In this document: positions 21,701 through 30,825 of the stretch, in pieces
How positions within the stretch are numbered: the stretch's first letter is position 1
Layout of the letters: each line of letters opens with the position of its first letter
IMG/VR virus record: IMGVR_UViG_3300036767_000362
DNA: 64,000 bases
DNA from: a virus
Direction: 5' to 3' (one strand)
Notes under the pieces: model-generated
What the model saw: the letters and a program-made list of their open reading frames with translations, nothing else
What the model was told of the DNA's origin: nothing
Database searches by the model: none
Program-made: the position numbers and the translations under genes

Positions 21701-24700
21701 CTGGAGCAACTTCGGCAGATGCTTCCACAGTTGTAACTTCATATCTTGTAACACCTATTACGCCACCGTGATCTATTTCTACTTCTGAATTATTAGTAAC
21801 AACAGTATCTAAATCATAAACATAAATTGATAATGCTCCACTAGGATGAGTTAAATTTACTCCGTCATCGCGAACTAATGCCGCTTGAACCATATCTTTT
21901 GTTAATGTTATAGGATCAATTGCTTCGTTTGGATCACTACCTGCTGAAACAATTCCGTATGTTCCGTGACAACAAGAACCGTTTAATGATCTAATTTTTC
22001 CACCGCTGTTGGCAAAGTATGCCGTTTCGCAAAAATAAGTGAAACAGGATACTAATTCTGTTAATGCACTATTATTAACAACAAAGCCATAACCTAAATC
22101 ATTTACTTGAGTAAATGCGTGTGCTAAAGCTGATCTATTACCTGCTGTTTGTATATCAATACTAAAAGGTGTTGCTTCAGAAAATCCATTACCGTCATTA
22201 GAAGAACTATCAAGAAGTAATTGAGCTGTTCCATTTGGTCCATCATAACTTTTTATTGCATTAATTTGATATCTATTACCTGCAATATAAAAAGGACAAG
22301 GTGTTTGAGGTTTTCTAATTCTTAAACCTGTTCCTGCATCACTTGTTACGTCTAATATAAAAGGACTAACCACGTTAGTTACTTTTGTAGGTAAATTACC
22401 TGCGAATGCATCAATATACATTCCACCGCTAAATGTTTTAGCATTTTTAGATGCAGAATAACAAGCCGCGTCAAATGTATAAGGTGATTTAGTATAAACT
22501 GCTCCTTCAGGATCTAATACTTCAGAAAAGCCTCCATGATTTTGAAATGTTATATTTTTTATAATACTAGAATTGTTTACTAAAAGTACATCTAAATCTT
22601 TATTGTTTTTAGGAGTACTAGCAGAATTATTTGCATCTGACAAATAATGATAACCATAATTTTGTGTTGCAATTGTTAAACCATCAAATGTTGTATCTCT
22701 GTAAAAATACATTCGTACCCAAGGAGATTCTGATACTCTGTCTTTTGGTCTAATAATAACTCTTCTAAATTCATCTCCTTGTAAGGAAACGTTTTCAGGT
22801 AATTTGATTGGATAATCTTCGTAATATACACCTGATTCAACTTTAATTGCTATGTGCTTATCTCTAATTGGTTGAGCAAATACCATTTCTTCACTAATGG
22901 AGAACATTTTAGGTTCTAATAAATCAACTTCAATTGTATCTGCTGATGCACCTGCAGTTACAGAAACCACTCTACCTATTGCTTTAGAAGTTTTACCTCT
23001 AACAATTTTTCCAGCAATTAAATCTGGTTGACTTAATTGATTGGCATCTAATCTTCCTGTGCTACCATTATTAAGTGTAAGACTAATTGTACTACCATCA
23101 ACAAGAGCTGGAGCCGTGCTTAATCCATTAGTAATAATACCTTCTATAATTGTAAATTTTGCTTGAGCAGATGCTAATCCATTTGCATCTACTGTTTGTC
23201 CATTATTAATTGTTTGTCCGTAATTTGTTTGATATAAAGTTCCTGGTGCTGTATTTGTTAAAACATTGTTTGTTATTGTTTTAGCATAACCAATCGCCGC
23301 CAATGTATGAGCTTTTTGTGTAGTGATTGCATATAATCCACTATTACTATTATAAAATCTTTCACCACATTGTACAGATTGATAATTTGCATTTAAACCG
23401 TTTAGTATATCTATAACTAAACCATCAAGCATATAACCTAAATCTCTAATACATAAATTTCTAAAGTTTGTGTGAGTTGGATATTGACTTTCTGTATAAG
23501 CAGTTGCTTCTTGAATTATAAATTGTCTATTAGCTTCAACTAATATTTTTACTGCTGTATAACCACTACTGTTTGTTACACCTTGAGTTAATACTGTAGA
23601 ATTATTTGCTCCACTATTATATGTAAGAGTTTGTACCCAAGGACCTGGTTCAAACGGAGCAGTTTTCATTATTTCTTCTGCTCTCTTACAAGCCGCACCT
23701 ACAGTAGCATAAGCATAACTAGAAGACCTTCCCCATCTGTCTTGAGGTATTCCAGTCATTGAATCATCACCGCTAGTGTTTACATATATGTTACTTTTAG
23801 AATGTTCTGCCGCTTCGTCTACATAAAATTTTGTTGCCGCTTGTAAATCACCATCTCTAACAGCGTCTTGAATTTTAGGTACTACATCTAAACCATTTGT
23901 AGTAATATCAACAATAGTTGCAACTAGTGAAGTTATTTTTGCAGTAGCACCTGCTTCTGTAGTTTTAGTTTTATAAATTTGAGTTGTAACAACTGGACTT
24001 TGATTTGTTGAAAGTGCAACTTGTGGTAAAATATTTGTATTAATAAAATCTCTTAATTTATTATTAACTGCTGTTGCGTATGCAATTTCTCCACTACCTA
24101 ATTGAGATGAAGCACCTTCCCAATAATATTTTGAAGTTCTTATACTTTCTGAATTACCACCATATCTTATATCATGTGCTAACGCATCAATATTAAATTT
24201 TGTATCTCTTTCGCATTTTTCATGACGTGTTGTATTATGAATTCCTGGATTGTTAGCATCAAACCAAGACATTACTTCATCTGCTAAAAATTCTTTATTT
24301 GCTTCTATTAAAGTTGCCGCGTTTGGATATAATGCTCCTAGACCTGCCATTGCTCCTGGGTGGTCGTGCAAATTAAGAGCACCATCCATACTGTCACCTT
24401 GTCTACGGACAACAGATTTTCTAGGAAGTGCTTCTGAACTTAACCAATTTCCATATAAAGCAGTATCTAATTCAGCATCAGTTATAGTTTGAGTTCCTGT
24501 ACCTCCACTAGCTACAATTTTAACTCTTGTACCATCATTATCATTTGTTGCTTCTGCTTGGCTGGCGTGTAATGAAAGAGTACTTCCATCTACATATCTA
24601 ATATAATAAATTGTTGCTGATGTTAAATTTACTGCATCATTTCCTGTTGAATTATAAATGAAAGCTAATCCATTAGATCCTGCGTCAAAACCATGACTAG

Positions 24701-25298
24701 CTATTGTAAGGTCACCACTATTGTAAGCAGTAATTGTTAATGTATATTCTGTAGTATCTGCGGGTTCTGATCTAACTCTTAATTGGCCTGATGCTCCACT
24801 AGGGCCTCCTGAAACTTTTAAATATCTTTGGTCAGCATATTGTTTTGTAATTACAAGATCATCTATAGTAATATTTGAACCATGTGTTGAATTATAATCT
24901 GTTACTGCTGTATCTGTTACTTTTACATTACCTATTGCGAAATTATTTCCATTTAAAGGTCCACCTAATGATGGTTGAGTGTCTGAGGCAACTGTTGCAC
25001 CTGTACTGTTTAAAATAATTTTAGATGCATCACTGGCTGTATCAATAGCCATTCCTATACCACCAGTAAGCTGTCTCATTTCGATAGCATTACCGGCATC
25101 GTTTGTTATTGGAATGTTTTTGGAACCTCCAAGTGTATCAGGAGTATCACTTAATGATGCAAATGTTACTTGACCGCCTTGCCCGAATACTGCATATAGT
25201 TCTGTAAAGTTTTCATTCGATTTACGAAATGCGTCTCTTATCGCATCACCCGTGCCATCGTTACCTTCTATACCTATATTAATAATCTGTTTAGCCAT
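18735..25298 (-). CDS. giant tail/baseplate protein (2187 aa) with two phycobiliprotein-like repeats and a C-terminal intramolecular-chaperone-like domain
   Basis: N-terminal INIG..GNDGTGDAIRDAF; C-x-R-D repeats at about aa 362 and 616; C-terminal ADLAENY...GVVS..PAYLMN...IALQGRV..KGDMLV. Confidence 0.7.
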   Translation of the reverse strand: MAKQIINIGIEGNDGTGDAIRDAFRKSNENFTELYAVFGQGGQVTFASLSDTPDTLGGSKNIPITNDAGNAIEMRQLTGGIGMAIDTASDASKIILNSTGATVASDTQPSLGGPLNGNNFAIGNVKVTDTAVTDYNSTHGSNITIDDLVITKQYADQRYLKVSGGPSGASGQLRVRSEPADTTEYTLTITAYNSGDLTIASHGFDAGSNGLAFIYNSTGNDAVNLTSATIYYIRYVDGSTLSLHASQAEATNDNDGTRVKIVASGGTGTQTITDAELDTALYGNWLSSEALPRKSVVRRQGDSMDGALNLHDHPGAMAGLGALYPNAATLIEANKEFLADEVMSWFDANNPGIHNTTRHEKCERDTKFNIDALAHDIRYGGNSESIRTSKYYWEGASSQLGSGEIAYATAVNNKLRDFINTNILPQVALSTNQSPVVTTQIYKTKTTEAGATAKITSLVATIVDITTNGLDVVPKIQDAVRDGDLQAATKFYVDEAAEHSKSNIYVNTSGDDSMTGIPQDRWGRSSSYAYATVGAACKRAEEIMKTAPFEPGPWVQTLTYNSGANNSTVLTQGVTNSSGYTAVKILVEANRQFIIQEATAYTESQYPTHTNFRNLCIRDLGYMLDGLVIDILNGLNANYQSVQCGERFYNSNSGLYAITTQKAHTLAAIGYAKTITNNVLTNTAPGTLYQTNYGQTINNGQTVDANGLASAQAKFTIIEGIITNGLSTAPALVDGSTISLTLNNGSTGRLDANQLSQPDLIAGKIVRGKTSKAIGRVVSVTAGASADTIEVDLLEPKMFSISEEMVFAQPIRDKHIAIKVESGVYYEDYPIKLPENVSLQGDEFRRVIIRPKDRVSESPWVRMYFYRDTTFDGLTIATQNYGYHYLSDANNSASTPKNNKDLDVLLVNNSSIIKNITFQNHGGFSEVLDPEGAVYTKSPYTFDAACYSASKNAKTFSGGMYIDAFAGNLPTKVTNVVSPFILDVTSDAGTGLRIRKPQTPCPFYIAGNRYQINAIKSYDGPNGTAQLLLDSSSNDGNGFSEATPFSIDIQTAGNRSALAHAFTQVNDLGYGFVVNNSALTELVSCFTYFCETAYFANSGGKIRSLNGSCCHGTYGIVSAGSDPNEAIDPITLTKDMVQAALVRDDGVNLTHPSGALSIYVYDLDTVVTNNSEVEIDHGGVIGVTRYEVTTVEASAEVAPASTRDSTIYKINLGTSGKNETSTTGLKAALADDQTVTIRANSQFVFSDVNNTAPSKPTTAVVFDETSTITYRSISYSTSNPVGVALPANTALIAFDDVYDYVKMSLNETEAQNNTHAGSGTTMGHTIGDVVIAINTIPEAADIARLNNGDMTFGWDGKTHKVANYVDRTTYATVEITDVSNINPTPIGAGIHSAMTGYVATNGGSPTFRVGLSATEPASITVFVSTARASNHDFLDIGTGGFNTTNFPNVIYGDATTASSQTNETVEKLKGRVYYVSTDQDGFFRVGKYFTVDQATGTVSFAAAIAISNLDGIGFKRGVVVAEFSTDGSMVDNSTDSVPTESAVREYVNRRLGFDHATTLVGNPIGAGTIARDGSIPFTNHMAVGGFKLTGLSDPSSDQDATTKSYVDNIIYETDQIENIRNVNIGNLAEAQLLIFNGKYRMYTVPAVGGNFAVSDTFTGSVTGATGTIVDVEVLVLPGAVNATRITYTWTSSPTQFTTADTIDTGGGVTAQVIDTAINEMGNAVVTASDVEMTANRTATQTELTFNIASNVIINADVKSDAAIAQSKLNMNAATSRANASGISQADLGLASFDSGDFTVTNGWVELSSSGIDFADLPQLDQYQAYGRTDSGTGDVNAVTFSDIISQGGAVVDADFTTELDAASDPGETLIKESAGVYKVTNVTKTGEVNSIVKTDTTGVTDLAGLKIDGNLALDSSASTLNITTPGGIDFATGIGSTQANTVTSLPGRRLDIGGADASASNTQGASDGALAVDHIYTKFIESTGKANNPTGIAIGQSSAYVSDTDDSAEGRVAIVADGSVPLLVTTQGIVPGDANMTFNIGDSSRRYNTMYANIFDGTATRSLYADLAENYTADDNYEIGTVVIFGGDKEVTTTQLSEDTRVAGVVSDKPAYLMNSAQEGGTPIALQGRVKVKVTGMCRKGDMLVTSSVRGHASSSPDPRVGTVLGKALEDHMNPSVGVIEMVVGRV

Positions 25299-25641
25299 TT
25301 ACCTTATCCATATCAAAAGTTATAGATTCTCCACAACCACATGACGATTTAACTTTTGGACTTGTAATATCAAAATATGAACCCCATACTTCTGATACAA
25401 AATTTAATTCTGATCCAAGTAAAAACATTATACTTGTTGAATCTACTAATAATTTTCCACCAGTAAATTCAATTAATTCGTCACGTTTGTCAATTTCATT
25501 TTTTTCTGCAAAACCCCAGTCATAGGAAAAACCAGCACATCCTCCGCCTTTAATTCCTAGTTTTACTGCATATTTGTTGTTTTGTGAACAAAGATCTTTA
25601 ATCTTCTGCTCTGCAGAATCAGTAAGTGTTAATATCGCCAT
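25291..25641 (-). CDS. A-type Fe-S cluster carrier (IscA/HesB family)
   Basis: GGGCAGFSY and SSCGCGES. Confidence 0.92.
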   Translation of the reverse strand: MAILTLTDSAEQKIKDLCSQNNKYAVKLGIKGGGCAGFSYDWGFAEKNEIDKRDELIEFTGGKLLVDSTSIMFLLGSELNFVSEVWGSYFDITSPKVKSSCGCGESITFDMDKVNG

Positions 25642-25704
25642 TTTTATGTTTCCTGTTAATGTTATTTATGGTAAATTTATTAATCCTAATGTAAATAATA
25701 ACGT

Positions 25705-25992
25705 ATGTTTATTAGTGCAGAAAAAATAGTAACTTGGGCAGAAAGAACAAGTAAATTAGGTAAAAAACACAAATGTAAAAGAACAAAAACAGTATATTCT
25801 TTTAAGTGTGATTCTTGTTCAAAAATGTTCTCTAGACTTAAAGGTAGTATAGAGGTGAAACGATTGTCTAATTTTTATAAACACGTATGCAATGAATGTA
25901 ATCCTAAGAAATTTGCTCAAGAGCAAGGTGTCAAGCAAAGAAAAATACTAGATATGCCTGTATCTAGTAAAAAGCGTATAAGCGATTTTTAA
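25705..25992 (+). CDS. hypothetical Zn-finger-like protein
   Basis: CDSC...HVCNEC; one of the few plus-strand genes, with TAAATA upstream. Confidence 0.6.
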   Translation: MFISAEKIVTWAERTSKLGKKHKCKRTKTVYSFKCDSCSKMFSRLKGSIEVKRLSNFYKHVCNECNPKKFAQEQGVKQRKILDMPVSSKKRISDF

Positions 25993-25995
25993 TTA

Positions 25996-26112
25996 TTATT
26001 TTTTCTTTTTAAACCAGTTAAAAGGATTAAGTAAACCAGCTAAATCTTCAACTTTTTCGTTTACCCACCATCCTACAACAAATCCAACTATAAATGCTAT
26101 TGTTAAAAACAT
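25996..26112 (-). CDS. 38-aa membrane peptide
   Basis: Manual translation MFLTIAFIVGFVVGWWVNEK...; strong AAGGAG SD. Confidence 0.55.
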   Translation of the reverse strand: MFLTIAFIVGFVVGWWVNEKVEDLAGLLNPFNWFKKKK

Positions 26113-26133
26113 ATTTGTCTCCTTGTACTATAT

Positions 26134-26844
26134 TTATTTCCAATTCTCTTTACACCACGGGTCACAACATACTTTAGGATTAGGATCTCCATGAAATATA
26201 GCTATGCTTGTTTCTTTCTGTATTGTGGGGTGACCGGGTGATTTAAAATCTCTAATACCGTCTTGTCGTCTAATTAATGGGGGCCTATTTCTCATTTCCC
26301 ATTTATAACTCATTATCCATTCGTCCGGCCAAAACTCAAAATTATTTTTTACATTGGCAAATAACCAATCTTGGTCGCCGTGAAATCGTCTTGCTGTATG
26401 TCCTGCGTCTTTTATAAATTCATTATAAACTTGTGGATGTTGTCCTGTTTGCCATCTAACAACACTTGAATTAAATCTGTTCCATTCTTTATTAGTAGAT
26501 CTATTAAAATCTCTTACTACACAAAAAGAACCAGGTTTGTAATGAAAAAGGTTGTCTATATTTTTAAATATTATTACATCTAAATCAATATAAAGAACTG
26601 TACTATGTTGTAGTTGAGGTAATAAAGGATTCATTAATAAAGGCTTATACCACCATCCTGATATTTTAGGATATCCAGTTGGTAGTTCTACAGTTTTTAT
26701 ATCATTTACTAAACCTGCTCTGTCTTCAGTAAAACAAAGAAATTCATGTTCAACTGTACAAAATCTTTTAATCATACTATGTAGAGTATTAACATAGTCT
26801 GGTCCGTATTTGGTTCCTTGTTTAAGACAAATAATTTTATTCAT
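26134..26844 (-). CDS. glycosyltransferase-like protein (GT-A fold)
   Basis: C.K.GTKY, GWWYK, YIDLD (DxD), NSSV, GDQDW, FHG.P.P. Confidence 0.75.
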   Translation of the reverse strand: MNKIICLKQGTKYGPDYVNTLHSMIKRFCTVEHEFLCFTEDRAGLVNDIKTVELPTGYPKISGWWYKPLLMNPLLPQLQHSTVLYIDLDVIIFKNIDNLFHYKPGSFCVVRDFNRSTNKEWNRFNSSVVRWQTGQHPQVYNEFIKDAGHTARRFHGDQDWLFANVKNNFEFWPDEWIMSYKWEMRNRPPLIRRQDGIRDFKSPGHPTIQKETSIAIFHGDPNPKVCCDPWCKENWK

Positions 26845-26850
26845 TAAATT

Positions 26851-27429
26851 CTACCATTTTTTAATATTTTTAATTTTAAGGTTTTTAATACCTTTCCAAC
26901 TTGGGGGTAATATAAAATGTTCATTTACCCAATAATTAAATTTTATATTTGAAAAATTTTCAAATATTTTTTTATTTTGATATATCCAATAACGCGGATC
27001 TACAGGATCAGTATCGGGATCATTATAACTTAAGGTGCCTTTATAAACATTATTTACTTTACTATCTTTGCCATAGAGATCAAATCCTATAATATCTAAT
27101 TTTCCATCATTACAATTTTCAATACCTATTAAAAGTGCAAATTGTCCTGCTCCCCAATGCATAGGTTGGTCAGGTCTATCTTTCCCTTCATAAAATAGGG
27201 TTGGTACTTCAAAAATGCCTGTATACATATCAAGCCAATCGGGCCTAGTATATATCATGGCGTGTTTAGTGTTTTCGTGACCTACTGCTTCTCTGAGCAT
27301 TCTTCTGTCGACGCATACCAAATGGTCCACTATACAATCTCTAAAGACAGCATTACAGCCAACTATTTCAGATTGGATGCTATTTAATTTGATTGATTTT
27401 CTGCTTTCGCCGTTACCTATTATTACCAT
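26851..27429 (-). CDS. hypothetical protein of glycosyltransferase-associated type
   Basis: IIGNGESR, GCNA.FRD, L..VD, IGFDL motifs. Confidence 0.5.
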   Translation of the reverse strand: MVIIGNGESRKSIKLNSIQSEIVGCNAVFRDCIVDHLVCVDRRMLREAVGHENTKHAMIYTRPDWLDMYTGIFEVPTLFYEGKDRPDQPMHWGAGQFALLIGIENCNDGKLDIIGFDLYGKDSKVNNVYKGTLSYNDPDTDPVDPRYWIYQNKKIFENFSNIKFNYWVNEHFILPPSWKGIKNLKIKNIKKW

Positions 27430-27446
27430 GCTTAAATACTGTTACT

Positions 27447-27899
27447 ATGTGTATTTACAACCATATTCAGAATTGGATACAAGCAATTGGAACTCCTACT
27501 AAAAAATTAGATGGTCATTCTGTTTGCCCATATGCTAAAAAGGCAGATTTTAATTTGGTTATTTGTAAAGAAGATGTTTTAGCAAATTGTTTTGATTTTG
27601 TTCGTAATAAACACTTAAAAAAAGAAGTAACAGTTTTTATATTTAATGATGAGCTTTCTATATTTCAATTAAAATTTTTATGCGGATTGCTTAATACAGA
27701 ATTTCCAAAATATGTGTTTTATCCTGACCATCGTAAAAGAAAAACGTATGTGGGAGAAGCAATATCAAGTAATGGAAAATATAATGTTGTATTAGCACAA
27801 AAAAGAAAAGAATTAGAAAAAGCAAGAACTAAATTAAAAGAAACAAATTACTATTCATTTTGGAGTAAAAAATACCTTAAAGAAATTTTAAATACATAA
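27447..27899 (+). CDS. hypothetical protein
   Basis: G..VCPYAK motif; plus strand; start uncertain. Confidence 0.5.
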   Translation: MCIYNHIQNWIQAIGTPTKKLDGHSVCPYAKKADFNLVICKEDVLANCFDFVRNKHLKKEVTVFIFNDELSIFQLKFLCGLLNTEFPKYVFYPDHRKRKTYVGEAISSNGKYNVVLAQKRKELEKARTKLKETNYYSFWSKKYLKEILNT

Positions 27900-27900
27900 C

Positions 27901-28248
27901 TTATTTTTTAAGTTTTTTATGCTCTTTTCTTCTTTCTTTTCTAGCTTTTATTAAATCAACTTTAATATTTTTTAATTCTTTTGTAATTTCAGCAAATTTA
28001 ACACTAGCATATTTTTTTAATTTTACAAAGTTGCGTATAGTTCCTACAACCCACCACCACCATATTCCGGCAATTATAGCAAATAAAATGCATATTAGCC
28101 CTAGGGTATATTCTAATAATGATTGAAAGTCGAATGCGACTACTAGCAAAACAATAACAAGAGCAATTAGTGGACCTATTTTGGCCAACCAACTCCAAAG
28201 GTTAATTTGATTTTCTAGTCTCCGATAGTGCCGAAAGATTTCCATAAA
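27901..28248 (-). CDS. two-TM membrane protein
   Basis: Two hydrophobic helices and a basic tail; start uncertain. Confidence 0.5.
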   Translation of the reverse strand, partial: FMEIFRHYRRLENQINLWSWLAKIGPLIALVIVLLVVAFDFQSLLEYTLGLICILFAIIAGIWWWWVVGTIRNFVKLKKYASVKFAEITKELKNIKVDLIKARKERRKEHKKLKK

Positions 28249-29099
28249 CCAGGTGTTCCTGTTTTTGTACATACCCAACCGATAACGTTACCTGGAGTAG
28301 GATTACTATTCCATGTAATATCTCCTTGAGAATGTGCGCCTTCTGATGGTGCTTCAGTACCTGTGTGGAATCGTTTGCCTTGAAATCTTATTGGTCCGTC
28401 TACATCTAATGATATGTTTTCTGCAATTTGATTAACGCCTATACCAACTTTGCCGTAGACATTCATTTTCATTTGGCCACCTAGTGTTCCAATTTGAACA
28501 TCACCATGTGCACCAATTGTTATTCTGTCTGTATTATCTGTTTGAATTTTTAATGAGGCTGTTGTATAAGTTCCTATTTCTGCGTTGTCTTCGTTAGGTT
28601 GTACTCTAAATTCTACTTCATTAGATGAAACTGATAATTGACCATTAGGAATATCAGTTCCTACACCAAGTCTCATAAAGCCTGCATCGTAGAAAATAAA
28701 TGAGTCTAAGTTAATATTACCATTAACTGCTAAACCTTCAAGAACGCCTACTTTTTTAAGATTAGAACTTTTAATTGTTGGTCCTAAACTAGTTGCATTT
28801 ATTACTTCTGTATTATCTATAGAATAACTAGCGTCTTTGTGTAGGTCAATACTATTGCTACTCCAAATTCTGTCAGGGTTTCCTTGGAAACTAAATGTTT
28901 TAGTATTTCCATATCCACTCCATTGTAGCCCTTTGCCGTATATGGCATTGGATTCAGTACCTTTAAAATTGATTGATTTATCCACATTTGTTACAGTAGG
29001 GGCTTCATCTACAGAGGCAGTTATATTCTCTATAGCATTACCCAATGTAACTAGTCCAGCTTTAACGGAAATTATGTCTTCTCGTATACTCATATGCAA
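28215..29099 (-). CDS. putative virion or fibre protein
   Basis: Beta-rich with RLGVGT..P and GD..WNS.P..G..IGW motifs. Confidence 0.5.
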   Translation of the reverse strand: MHMSIREDIISVKAGLVTLGNAIENITASVDEAPTVTNVDKSINFKGTESNAIYGKGLQWSGYGNTKTFSFQGNPDRIWSSNSIDLHKDASYSIDNTEVINATSLGPTIKSSNLKKVGVLEGLAVNGNINLDSFIFYDAGFMRLGVGTDIPNGQLSVSSNEVEFRVQPNEDNAEIGTYTTASLKIQTDNTDRITIGAHGDVQIGTLGGQMKMNVYGKVGIGVNQIAENISLDVDGPIRFQGKRFHTGTEAPSEGAHSQGDITWNSNPTPGNVIGWVCTKTGTPGLWKSFGTIGD

Positions 29100-29103
29100 T
29101 TAT

Positions 29104-29925
29104 TTATCTAATAGTCCGAAGTAATATAACGTCTGGATTAATACGTCCATTTAATTTTAGGCCCATAGCTTTAATATCATCAAGGTCTTCTTTTAGTTTA
29201 GTCTTAGGGCCATTTATAAAGTGTGGTAGCTGTTCTGGGGGTTTTCTGAGTGTTTTTTGTACACTAATTTCTTGATTAAACCTAATTATCGACGTACCTT
29301 TTACACCTAATCCAGTACCATCTCTTTCTTGACCTTGTGGATCATATACAGATGTTACGTAGTATCCTATCTTTCTAGTTTTAGTATTATAAACCCATAG
29401 TTCTTCACAGCCTATTATTTCTTCTGGATTTATACTAATCAATTTAAGCCTATCGTCTTCACGTTTATATTTTAATTTTGAAATTGCTTTTGCTTTATTA
29501 ACAGGTTTTCTTTTCCTTGATTTTCTATTAGCATTAGCTATATCTATCATATAATCACAAGCCTTGAATATATGTTCGTATGTTTTAATGTGTAATTGTA
29601 ATTCTTCTTTACTAAATTCGTTGTATGACTCTACCAATTGTTGGTCGTCATCATTGAGTTCTTCGAATGGTTTCTTTTTTGCTTTAAGATAAAATAAGAT
29701 CTCATCGTATTGTCCTTGATATAATTCTTTAAGTTTTCTTGCGTGTTGACCTTTTGTTTTTTCCTTTTTAAGATACTCTATTAATTTATAGTTTTCAGGA
29801 TTAAACTTTTCTGGTTTCGCAACTAATCTGTCCAGCCATTGTTCAATTGGCTGTGAAATTTGTCCTACCCTCTGTGCGACTCTTTCTTGAATTGATACCT
29901 TATTATCTTCTATTTTAGTTGTCAT
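29104..29925 (-). CDS. conserved large-phage hypothetical protein
   Basis: LWVYNTKTRK.G, KTLRKP, LNGRIN motifs. Confidence 0.55.
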   Translation of the reverse strand: MTTKIEDNKVSIQERVAQRVGQISQPIEQWLDRLVAKPEKFNPENYKLIEYLKKEKTKGQHARKLKELYQGQYDEILFYLKAKKKPFEELNDDDQQLVESYNEFSKEELQLHIKTYEHIFKACDYMIDIANANRKSRKRKPVNKAKAISKLKYKREDDRLKLISINPEEIIGCEELWVYNTKTRKIGYYVTSVYDPQGQERDGTGLGVKGTSIIRFNQEISVQKTLRKPPEQLPHFINGPKTKLKEDLDDIKAMGLKLNGRINPDVILLRTIR

Positions 29926-29967
29926 GCTATATTTGTTATATAGTCATTAGTTATAAAAATCAACGAT

Positions 29968-30102
29968 TTAAGGAAACCAGACTGGTGTTTTTGGTTTTTT
30001 TACTTTGATAGGTTTGATAGGAATTGTCCCTTTTTTGCGTCCGCCCTTATTTCGATGTATTCTTCTTGGCGTTTTGTTGAACATCCTTTTCTTGAATGCC
30101 AT
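29968..30102 (-). CDS. 44-aa highly basic peptide
   Basis: Manual translation MAFKKRMFNKTPRRIHRNKGGRKKG...VWFP. Confidence 0.4.
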   Translation of the reverse strand: MAFKKRMFNKTPRRIHRNKGGRKKGTIPIKPIKVKKPKTPVWFP

Positions 30103-30280
30103 GTTGTTCTATCCTTTTAGCTTTAATTATTCTCTCCCACACTTCTCTAGTTGCTGTCATCATACCTGCACTATTTTTTAATAAACTTTCGTATCTAGAA
30201 CCGTTTATCATATTAGATAGATACCAACCAATAATTATACCTACTCCTAATATTAATATTATGCCTGTTATTATTTCCAT
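30047..30280 (-). CDS. membrane-anchored hypothetical protein
   Basis: N-terminal TM segment. Confidence 0.45.
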   Translation of the reverse strand: MEIITGIILILGVGIIIGWYLSNMINGSRYESLLKNSAGMMTATREVWERIIKAKRIEQHGIQEKDVQQNAKKNTSK

Positions 30281-30313
30281 TTAGCAACTCTTTTTTCTGC
30301 TTCATGAATTATT

Positions 30314-30616
30314 TTATGGGCGTTTGCTAATATTGTTATCATTTTTTCTTTTTTTTAAATACAATGGTATGTACCATAGAATAATAAAAATAGGTATTGC
30401 AACAGCAACCCAAAAGTGTTTATCATTGTTATACCAAATCAACATACCAATAATACTTCCTATATCTACAACAGTATGTATGGCAATCCACCAACCATAG
30501 GTTATCTTTTCAATAATTTTTTCTCGTAAGTTTCTTAAATAGGAGCAGTAATGCCTTGACATTGTAAAGCCATTACTCAAAGCAAATACTAATAAAAACA
30601 AATAAAAATTATCCAT
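30314..30616 (-). CDS. membrane protein
   Basis: Three hydrophobic segments. Confidence 0.5.
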   Translation of the reverse strand: MDNFYLFLLVFALSNGFTMSRHYCSYLRNLREKIIEKITYGWWIAIHTVVDIGSIIGMLIWYNNDKHFWVAVAIPIFIILWYIPLYLKKRKNDNNISKRP

Positions 30617-30825
30617 TATTCTCCTTTCTTTCCTTCTTTTTCGTTTAAAACATCTAATAGATGTCTAGTTAATCCTAATAAACTAGAACCCTCTCCTCTT
30701 AATCCAGACCAAAATTCTCTATAATCATCTGGGTCTTTTTCTCTAGGAAAATTATCGGCTTCCATTAATAACTTAGAAAAGTCATCTAGTATTTTTTTTA
30801 CACTTTTTTCATCGTATAATTGCAT
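30616..30825 (-). CDS. hypothetical protein
   Basis: Coupled ORF. Confidence 0.45.
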   Translation of the reverse strand: MQLYDEKSVKKILDDFSKLLMEADNFPREKDPDDYREFWSGLRGEGSSLLGLTRHLLDVLNEKEGKKGE

